From Eledone cirrhosa (taxonomy: Eukaryota), in the NCBI GenBank assembly GCA_964016885.1, contig OZ024743.1, positions 134,230,001-134,294,000 of the forward strand: a stretch of 64,000 bases of DNA, given 5' to 3'. Below, piece by piece: positions 52,861 through 62,479 of this stretch. A program made the position numbers and the translations under genes. Within the stretch, counting starts at the first letter, position 1. Every line of letters starts with the position of its first letter. The notes beneath the pieces were generated by a model. That model ran no database searches. It was given only the letters and a program-made list of their open reading frames with translations, and had not been told where the DNA came from.

Positions 52861-55800
52861 CTTGGTGCTTGGTGCTTGGTCCTTGGTGTTTGGTGCTGGG
52901 TGCTTTGTGTTTGGTGCTTGGTGCTTGGTGCTTGGTGTTTGGTGTTTGCTGCTTGGTGTTTGATGCTTGGTGCTTGGTGCTTGGTGTTTTGTGTTTGGTG
53001 CTTGGTGCTTGGTGTTTGGTGTTTGGTGCTTGGTGCTTGGTGCTTGGTGTTTGTACTTGGTGCTTGGTGCTTGGTGTTTGGTTCTTGGTTCTTGATGTTT
53101 GGTGTTTGGCGTTTGGTGTTTGGTGCTTGGTGCTTGGTGTTTGGTGCCTGGTGCTTGGTGCTTGGTGCTTGGAGTTTGGTGTTTGGTGTTTGGTTTTTGG
53201 TGCTGGGTGCTTGGGCCTTGGTGTTTGGTGCTGGGTGCTTTGTGTTTGGTGCTTGGTGCTTGGTGTTTGGTGTTTGCTGCTTGGTGTTTGATGCTTGGTG
53301 CTTGGTGCTTGGTGTTTTGTGTTTGGTGCTTGGTTCTTGGTGTTTGGTGCTTGGTGCTTGGTGCTTGGTGTTTGTACTTGGTGCTTGGTGCTTGGTGTTT
53401 GGTTCTTGGTTCTTGGTGTTTGGATACTTGTTGCTTGATGCTTGGTGCTTGATGTTTGGTGTTTGGTGCTTGGTGTTTGGTGCTTGGTGCTTGGTGCTTG
53501 GTGTTAGGTGTTTGGTGCTTGGTCCTTGGTGTTTGGTGCTTGGTGTTTGGTGTTTGCTGTTTGGTGTTTGGTGTTTGGTGTTTGGTGTTTGCTGTTTGGC
53601 GTCTGCTTTTTGGTGTTTAGTGTTTGCTGTATGGTGTTTGGTGTTTGCTGTTTGGTGTTTGGTCTTTGGTGCTTGGTGCTTGGTGCTTGGTGTTATATAT
53701 GCTTGGTGTTTGATGCTTGGTGCTTGGTGCTTGGTGTTTGGTGTTTGGTGTTTGATGCTTGGTGCTTGGTGTTTGGTGCTTGTTGCTTGGTGTTTGTACT
53801 TGGTGCTTGGTGCTTCGTGCTTAGTGTTTGGTGCTTGGTGTTTGGTGCTTGGTGCTTGGTGTTTGGTGCTTGGTGCTTGGTGCTTGGTGCTTGGTGTTTG
53901 GTGGTTGGTGTTTGGTGCTTGGTGTTAGGTGTTTGGTGCTTGGTGCTTGGTGTTTGGTGTTTAGTGCTTGGTGTTTGGTGCTTGGTGCTTGGTGTTTGGT
54001 GCTTGGTACTTGGTGCTTGGTGCTTGGTGTTAGGTGTTTGGTGCTTGGTGTTTGGTGCTTGGTGTTTGGTGCTTGGTGCTTGGTGCTTGGTGCTTGGTGT
54101 TTGGTGGTTGGTGTTTGGTGCTTGGTGTTAGGTGTTTGGTGCTTGGTGCTTGGTGTTTGGTGTTTGGTGCTTGGTGTTTGGTGTTTGGTGCTTGGTGTTT
54201 GGTGCTTTTTGCTTGGTGCTTGGTGCTTGGTGTTTGGTGCTTGGTGCTTGGTGTTTGGTGTTGGTTGCTTGGTGCTTGGTGTTTGGTGTTTGGTGCTTGG
54301 TGCTTGGTGTTTGGTGTTTGGTGTTATATGCTTGGTGTTTGATGCTTGGTGCTTGGTGTTTGGTGTTTGGTGTTTGGTGCTTGGTGTTTGATGCTTGGTG
54401 CTTGGTGCTTGGTGTTTGGTGCTTGGTGCTTGGTGTTTGGTATTTGGTGCTTGGTGTTTGGTGATTGATGCTTGGTGCTTGGTGCTTGGTGTTTGGTGGT
54501 TGGTGCTTGGTGCTTGGTGTTAGGTGTTTGGTGCTTGGTGCTTGGTGTTTGGTGTTTGGTGCTTGGTGTTTGGTGTTTGGTTGTTGGTGTTTGGTGCTTG
54601 GAACTTGGTGCTTGGTCCTTGGTGTTAGGTGTTTGGTGCTTGGTGCTTGGTGTCTGGTTTTTGGTGCTTGGTGCTTGGTGTTTGGTGTTTGGTGCTTGCT
54701 GCTGGTTGCTTGGTGTTTGGTGCTTGATGATTGGTGCTTGGTGTTTGGGGCTTGGTGTTTGGTGTTTGGTGCTAGGTGCTTGGTGTTTGGTGCTTGGTGC
54801 TTGGTGTTTGTACTTGGTGCTTGGTGCTTGGTTCTTTGTGTTTGGTGCTTGGTGCTTGGTGTTTGGTGCTTGGTGCTTGGTGTTTGGTGCTTGGTGCTTG
54901 GTCCTTGGTGTTTGGTGCTTGGTGTTAGGTGTTTGGTGCTTGGTGCTTGGTGTTTGGTGTTTGGTGCTTGGTGCTTGGTGTTTGGTGTTTGGTGCTTGGT
55001 GTTTGGTGTTTGGTGTTATATGCTTGGTGTTTGATGCTTGGTGCTTGGTGCTTGGTGTTTGGTGCTTGGTGTTTGATGCTTGGTGCTTGGTGCTTGGTGT
55101 TTGGTGCTTGGTGCTTGGTGTTTGTACTTGGTGCTTGGTGCTTGGTTCTTGGTGTTTGGTGCTTGGTGCTTGGTGTTTGGTGCTTGGTGCTTGGTGTTTG
55201 GTGCTTGGTGTTTGGTGCTTGGTGTTTGGTGCTTGGTGCTTGGTGCTTGGTGCTTGGTGTTTGGTGCTTGGTGTTTGGTGCTTGGTGTTAGGTGTTTGGT
55301 GCTTGGTGTTTGGTGTTTGGTTTTTGGTGCTTGGTGCTTGGTGTTTGGTGCTTGCTGCTGGCTGCTTGGTGTTTGATGTTTGGTGATTGGTGCTTGGTGT
55401 TTGGTGCTTGGTGTTTGGTGTTTGGTGCTAGGTGCTTGGTGTTTGGTGCTTGGTGCTTGGTGCTTGGTGTTTGGTGCTTGGTGCTTGGTCTTTGGTGCTT
55501 GGTGTTTGGTGTTTGGTGCTTGGTGCTTGGTGCTTGGTGTTTGGTGCTTGGTGCTTGGTGTTTGGTGCTTGGTGCTTAGTGTTTGGTGCTTGGTGCTTAG
55601 TGTTTGGTGCTAGGTGCTTGGTGTTTGGTGCTTGGGGCTTGGTGTTTGGTGCCTGGTGCTTGGTGTTTGGTGCTTGGTGCTTGGTGTTTGGTGTTTGCTG
55701 TTTGCTGTTTGGTGTTTGTTGTTTGGTGTTTGTTGTTTGGTGTTTGCTGTTTGGTGTTTGGTGTTTGCTTTTTGGTGTTTGGTGTTTGCTGTATGTTGTT

Positions 55801-58800
55801 TGCTGTTTGGTGTTTGGTGTTTGGTATTTGGTGCTTGGTGCTTGGTGTTTGGTGCTTGGTGCTTGGTGTTTCGTGCCTGGTGCTTGGTGCTTGGTGCTTG
55901 GTGTTTGGTGTTTGGTGCTTGGTGCTTGGTGCTTGGAGTTTGGTGTTTGGTGCTTGGTGCTTGGTGTTTTGTGTTTCGTGTTTGGTTTTTGGTGCTTGGT
56001 GCTTGGTGCTTGGTCCTTGGTGTTTGGTGCTGGGTGCTTTGTGTTTGGTGCTTGGTGCTTGGTGCTTGGTGTTTTGTGTTTGGTGCTTGGTGCTTGGTGC
56101 TTGGTGCTTGGTGCTTGGTGTTTGTACTTGATGCTTGGTGCTTGGTGTTTGGTTCTTGGTTCTTGGTGTTTGGTACTTGGTGCTTGGTGTTTGGTGTTTG
56201 CTGTTTGGTGTTTGGTGTTTGGTGTTTGGTGTTTGCTGTTTGGTGTCTGCTTTTTGGTGTTTAGTGTTTGCTGTATGGTGTTTGGTGTTTGCTGTTTGGT
56301 GTTTGGTCTTTGGTGCTTGGTGTTTGGTGCTCGGTGCTTGGTGTTTGGTATTCGGTGCTTGGTGCTTGGTGTTTGTTGCTTGGTGTTTGGTGTTTGGTGT
56401 TTGGTGCTTGGTGTCTGGTGCTTGGTGTTTGGTGCTTGGTGTTTGGTGTTTGGTGCTTGGTGTTTGGTGTTTGGTGTTTGGTGCTTGGTGCTTGGTGTTT
56501 GGTGTTTGGTGTTTGGTGCTTGGTGTCTGGTGCTTGGTGTTTGGTGTTTGGTGATTGGTGTTTGGTGTTTGGTGTTTGGTGCTTGGTGCTTGGTGCTTGG
56601 TGTTTGGTGTTTGGTGTTTGGTGCTTGGTGCTTGGTGTTTGGTGCTTGGTGCTGAGTGGTTGGTGTTTGGTGCTTGGTGTTTGGTGCTGGGTGCTTGGTT
56701 TTTGGTCCTGGGTGCTTGGTGTTTGGTGCTTGGTGCTTGGTCTTTGGTGCTTGGTGTTTGGTGCTTGGTGCTTGGTGCTTGGTGTTTGGTGCTTGGTGCT
56801 TGGTGTTTGGTGCTTGGTGCTTAGTGTTTGGTGCTAGGTGCTTGGTGTTTGGTGCTTGGTGTTTGGTGCTTGGTGCTTGGTGTTTGGTGTTTGGTGTTTG
56901 GTGCTTGGTGCTTGGTGTTTGCTGTTTGCTGTTTGGTGTTTGTTGTTTGGTGTTTGTTGTTTGGTGTTTGCTGTTTGGTGTTTGGTGTCTGCTTTTTGGT
57001 GTTTGGTGTTTGCTGTGTGTTGTTTGCTGCTTGGTGTTTGGTGTTTGGTGTTTGGTGTTTGGTGTTTGGTGTTTGGTGCTTGGTGTTTGGTGCTTGGTGC
57101 TTGGTGCTTGGTGTTTGGTGCCTGGTGCTTGGTGCTTGATGCTTGGTGTTTGGTGTTTGGTGCTTGGTGCTTGGTGTTTCGTGATTGGTGCTTATTTTTT
57201 TGTGTTTCGTGTTTGGTTTTTGGTGCTTGGTGCTTGGTGCTTGGTCCTTGGTGTTTGGTGCTGGGTGCTTTGTGTTTGGTGCTTGGTGCTTGGTGCTTGG
57301 TGTTTGGTGTTTGCTGCTTGGTGTGTGATGCTTGGTGCTTGGTGCTTGGTGTTTTGTGTTTGGTGCTTGGTGCTTGGTGTTTGGTGCTTGGTGCTTGGTG
57401 CTTGGTGTTTGTACTTGGTGCTTGGTGCTTGGTGTTTGGTTCTTGGTTCTTGGTGTTTGGTGTTTTGCGTTTGGTTTTTGGTGCTTGGTGCTTGGTGTTT
57501 GGTGCTTGGTGCTTGGTGTTTGGTGCCTGGTGCTTGGTGCTTGGTGCTTGGTGTTTGGTGTTTGGTGCTTGGTGCTTGGAGTTTGGTGTTTGGTGCTTGG
57601 TGCTTGGTGCTTGGTCCTTGGTGTTTGGTGCTGGGTGCTTTGTGTTTGGTGATTGGTGCTTGGTGTTTGGTGTTTGCTGCTTGGTGTTTGATGCTTGGTG
57701 TTTTGTATTTGGTGCTTGGTGCTTGGTGTTTGGTGCTTGGTGCTTGGTGCTTGGTGTTTCTACTTGGTGCTTGGTGCTTGGTGTTTGGTTCTTGGTTCTT
57801 GGTGTTTGGTACTTGGTGCTTGGTGCTTGGTGCTTGATGTTTGGTGTTTGGTGCTTGGTGTTTGGTGCTTGGTGCTTGGTGCTTGGTGCTTGGTGCTTGG
57901 TGTTAGGTATTTGGTGCTTGGTGCTTGGTGTTTGGTGCTTGGTGTTTGGTGTTTGCTGTTTGGTGTTTGGTGTTTGCTGTTTGGTGTTTGCTGTTTGGTA
58001 TTTGGTGTTTGCTGTTTGGTGTTTGGTCTTTGGTGCTTGGTGTTTGGTGCTTGGTGTTTGGTGTTTGGTGCTTGGTGCTTGGTGTTTGGTGTTTGGTGCT
58101 TGGTGCCTGGTGTTTGGTGTTTGGTGTTTGGTGCTTGGTGTCTGGTGCTTGGTGTTTGGTGCTTGGTGTTTGGTGTTTGGTGCTTGGTGCTTGGTGTTTG
58201 GTGTTTGGTGCTTGGTGTTTGGTGTTTGGTGCTTGTTGCTTGGTGCTTGATGTTTGGTGCTTGGTGCTTGGTGTTTGGTGCTGGGTGCTTGGTGCTTGTT
58301 ATTTGGTTTTTGGTGCTTGGTGCTTGGTGTTTGGTGTTTGGTGTTATATGCTTGGTGTTTGATGCTTGGTGCTTGGTGCTTGGTGTTTGGTGTTTGGTGT
58401 TTGGTGCTTGGTGCTTGGTGTTTGGTGCTTGGTGCTGAGTGGTTGGTGTTTGGTGCTTGGTGTTTGGTGCTGGGTGCTTGGTGTTTGGTGCTGGGTGCTT
58501 GGTGTTTGGTGCTTGGTGCTTGGTCTTTGGTGCTTGGTGTTTGGTGCTTGGTGCTTGGTGCTTGGTGTTTGGTGCTTGGTGCTTGGTGTTTGGTGCTTGG
58601 TGCTTGGTGTTTGCTGTTTGCTGTTTGGTGTTTGTTGTTTGGTGTTTGTTGTTTGGTGTTTGCTGTTTGGTGTTTGGTGTTTGCTTTTTGGTGTTTGGTG
58701 TTTGCTGTATGTTGTTTGCTGTTTGGTGTTTGGTGTTTGGTGCCTGGTGCTTGGTGCTTGGTGCTTGGTGTTTGGTGTTTGGTGCTTGGTGCTTGGTGCT

Positions 58801-60269
58801 TGGTGTTTGGTGCTTGGTGCTTGGTGTTTTGTGTTTCATGTTTGGTTTTTGGTGCTTGGTGCTTGGTGCTTGGTCCTTGGTGTTAGGTGCTGGGTGCTTT
58901 GTGTTTGGTGCTTGGTGCTTGGTGTTTGGTGTTTGCTGCTTGGTGCTTGATGCTTGGTGTTTGGTGCTTGGTGCTTGGTGCTTGGTGTTTGTACTTGGTG
59001 CTTGGTGCTTGGTGTTTGGTTCTTGGTTCTTGGTGTTTGGTGTTTGGCATTTGGTGTTTGGTGCTTGGTGCTTGGTGTTTGGTGCTTGGTGCTTGGTGTT
59101 TGGTGCCTGGTGCTTGGTGCTTGGTGCTTGGTGTTTGGAGTTTGGTGTTTGGTGCTTGGTGCTTGGTGCTTGGTCCTTGGTGTTTGGTGCTGGGTGCTTT
59201 GTGTTTGGTGATTGGTGCTTGGTGTTTGGCGTTTGCTGCTTGGTGTTTGATGCTTGGTGCTTGGTGTTTTGTGTTTGGTGCTTGGTGCTTGGTGTTTGGT
59301 GCTTGGTGCTTGGTGCTTGGTGTTTGTACTTGGTGCTTGGTGTTTGGTGTTTGGTTCTTGGTTCTTGGTGTTTGGTACTTGGTGCTTGGTGCTTGGTGCT
59401 TGGTGTTAGGTATTTGGTGCTTGGTGCTTCGTGTTTGGTGCTTGGTGTTTGGTGTTTGCTGTTTGGAGTTTGGTGTTTGGTGTTTGGTTTTGCTGTCTGG
59501 TGTCTGCTTTTTGGTGTTTAGTGTTTGCTGTATGGTGTTTGCTGTTTCGTGTTTGGTGTTTGCTGTTTGGTGTTTGGTCTTTGGTGCTTGGTGTTTGGTG
59601 CTTGGTGTTTGGTGTTTGGTGCTTGCTGCTTGGTGTTTGGTGTTTGGTGCTTGGTGCTTGGTGTTTGGTGTTTAGTGTTTGGTGCTTGGTGTCTGGTGCT
59701 TGGTGTTTGGTGTTTGGTGCTTGGTGTTTGGTGTTTGGTGATTGGTGCTTGGTGTTTGGTGTTTGCTGCTTGGTGTTTGATGCTTGGTGCTTGGTGTTTT
59801 GTGTTTGGTGCTTGGTGCTTGGGTTTTGGTGCTTGGTTCTTGGTGCTTGGTGTTTGTACTTGGTGCTTGGTGCTTGGTGTTTGGTTCTTGGTTCTTGGTG
59901 TTTGGTACTTGGTGCTTGGTGTTTGGTGTTTGCTGTTTGGTGTTTGGTGTTTGGTGTTTGGTGTTTGCTGTTTGGTGTCTGCTTTTTGGTGTTTAGTGTT
60001 TGCTGTATGGTGTTTGGTGTTTGCTGTTTGGTGTTTGGTCTTTGGTGCTTGGTGTTTGGTGCTCGGTGCTTGGTGTTTGGTATTCGGTGCTTGCTGCTTG
60101 GTGTTTGGTGCTTGGTGTTTGGTGTTTGGTGTTTGGTGCTTGGTGTCTGGTGCTTGGTGTTTGGTGTTTGGTGTTTGGTGCTTGGTGCTTGGTGTTTGGT
60201 GTTTGGTGTTTGGTGCTTGGTGTCTGGTGCTTGGTGTTTGGTGTTTGGTGCTTGGTGTTTGGTGTTTGG

Positions 60270-60900
60270 TGTTTGTTGCTTGGTGCTTGGTGCTTGGTGT
60301 TTGGTGTTTGGTGTTTGGTGCTTGGTGCTTGGTGTTTGGTGCTTGGTGCTGAGTGGTTGGTGTTTGGTGCTTGGTGTTTGGTGCTGGGTGCTTGGTTTTT
60401 GGTCCTGGGTGCTTGGTGTTTGGTGATTGGTGCTTGGTGCTTGGTGTTTGGTGCTTGGTGCTTGGTGTTTGGTGCTTGGTGCTTAGTGTTTGGTGCTAGG
60501 TGCTTGGTGTTTGGTGCTTGGTGTTTGGTGCTTGGTGCTTGGTGTTTGGTGTTTGGTGTTTGGTGCTTCGTGTTTGGTGCTTGGTGCTTGGTGTTTGGTG
60601 TTTGGTGCTTGGTGCTTGGTGCTTGGTGTTTGGTGTTTGGTGTTTGGTGCTTGGTGCTTGGTGTTTGGTGCTTGGTGCTGAGTGGTTGGTGTTTGGTGCT
60701 TGGTGTTTGGTGCTGGGTGCTTGGTTTTTGGTCCTGGGTGCTTGGTGTTTGGTGCTTGGTGCTTGGTGCTTGGTGTTTGGTGCTTGGTGCTTGGTGTTTG
60801 GTGCTTGGTGCTTAGTGTTTGGTGCTAGGTGCTTGGTGTTTGGTGCTTGGTGTTTGGTGCTTGGTGCTTGGTGTTTGGTGTTTGGTGTTTGGTGCTTGGT
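60270..60900. repeat. Local tandem duplication, period 329 bp (47 monomers)
   Basis: GCTGAGTGG...GGTTTTTGGTCCTGGG occurs twice (GGTCCTGGG at 60401/60730). ORF starts 60490/60819 and 60500/60829 are 329 apart. Confidence 0.85.
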
Positions 60901-62479
60901 GCTTGGTGTTTGCTGTTTGCTGTTTGGTGTTTGTTGTTTGGTGTTTGTTGTTTGGTGTTTGCTGTTTGGTGTTTGGTGTTTGCTATTTTGTGTTTGGTGT
61001 TTGCTGTATGTTGTTTGGTGTTTGGTGTTTGGTGTTTGGTGTTTGGTGTTTGGTGTTTGGTGTTTGGTGCTTGGTGTTTGGTGCTTGGTGCTTGGCGTTT
61101 GGTGCCTGGTGCTTGGTGCTTGATGCTTGTTGTTTGGTTTTTGGTGCTTGGTGCTTGGTGCTTGGTCCTTGGTGTTTGGTGCTGGGTGCTTTGTGTTTGG
61201 TGCTTGGTGCTTGGTGCTTGGTGTTTGGTGTTTGCTGCTTGGTGTTTGATGCTTGGTGCTTGGTGCTTGGTGTTTTGTGTTTGGTGCTTGGTGCTTGGTG
61301 TTTGGTGCTTGGTGCTTGGTGCTTGGTGTTTGTACTTGGTGCTTGGTGCTTGGTGTTTGGTTCTTGGTTCTTGGTGTTTGGTGTTTTGCGTTTGGTGTTT
61401 GGTGCTTGGTGTTTGGTGCTTGGTGCTTGGTGTTTGGTGCCTGGTGCTTGGTGCTTGGTGCTTGGTGTTTGGTGTTTGGTGCTTGGTGCTTGGAGTTTGG
61501 TGTTTGGTGCTTGGGGCTTGGTGCTTGGTCCTTGGTGTTTGGTGCAGGGTGCTTTGTGTTTGGTGATTGGTGCTTGGTGTTTGGTGTTTGCTGCTTGGTG
61601 CTTGGTGCTTGGTGTTTCTACTTGGTGCTTGGTGCTTGGTGTTTGGTTCTTGGTTCTTGGTGTTCGGTACTTGGTGCTTGGTGCTTGGTGCTTGATGTTT
61701 GGTGTTTGGTGCTTGGTGGTTGGTGCTTGGTGCTTGGTGCTTGGTGTTAGGTATTTGGTGCTTGGTGCTTGGTGTTTGGTGCTTGGTGTTTGGTGTTTGC
61801 TGTTTGGTGTTTGGTGTTTGCTGTTTGGTGTTTGCTGTTTGGTGTTTGGTGTTTGCTGTTTGGTGTTTGGTCTTTGGTGCTTGGTGTTTGGTGCTTGGTG
61901 TTTGGTGTTTGGTGCTTGGTGCTTGGTGCTTGGTGTTTGGTGCTTGGTGCTTGGTGTTTTGTGTTTCGTGTTTGGTTTTTGGTGCTTGGTGCTTGGTGCT
62001 TGGTCCTTGGTGTTAGGTGCTGGGTGCTTTGTGTTTGGTGCTTGGTGCTTGGTGTTTGGTGTTTGCTGCTTGGTGCTTGATGCTTGGTGTTTGGTGCTTG
62101 GTGCTTGGTGCTTGGTGTTTGTACTTGGTGCTTAGTGCTTGGTGTTTGGTTCTTGGTTCTTGGTGTTTGGTGCTTGGCATTTGGTGTTTGGTGCTTGGTG
62201 CTTGGTGTTTGGTGCTTGGTGCTTGGTGTTTGGTGCCTGGTGCTTGGTGCTTGGTGCTTGGTGTTTGGAGTTTGGTGTTTGGTGCTTGGTGCTTGGTGCT
62301 TGGTCCTTGGTGTTTGGTGCTGGGTGCTTTGTGTTTGGTGCTTGGTGCTTGGTGTTTGGTGCTTGGTGCTTGGTGCTTGGTGTTTGTACTTGGTGCTTGG
62401 TGTTTGGTGTTTGGTTCTTGGTTCTTGGTGTTTGGTAGTTGGTGCTTGGTGCTTGGTGCTTGGTGTTAGGTATTTGGTG

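Larger units (their letters stand above)
37975..57800. repeat. Large near-identical higher-order duplication, ~37975-45870 repeated at ~50540-57800 (offset 12567, then 11930)
   Basis: Identical ORFs 38385/50952, 39636/52203, 39934/52501 and 40941/53508 (12567). After a 637-bp indel, pairs 42999/54929, 43684/55614 and 45402/57332 give 11930. Landmarks: TATATGAATGG 39091/51658, GGATAC 40855/53422, GGAACTTGG 42670/54600. Confidence 0.9.

Noticed and set aside
48-58839. Minus-strand ORFs encoding TKHQ(T/A)P(S/N) heptads, superficially mucin-like or Pol II CTD-like
   Set aside because: Same artefact on the other strand. Starts depend on rare CAT variants, and recurrent 6/8/9-bp units shift frame freely, so no reading frame is preserved.
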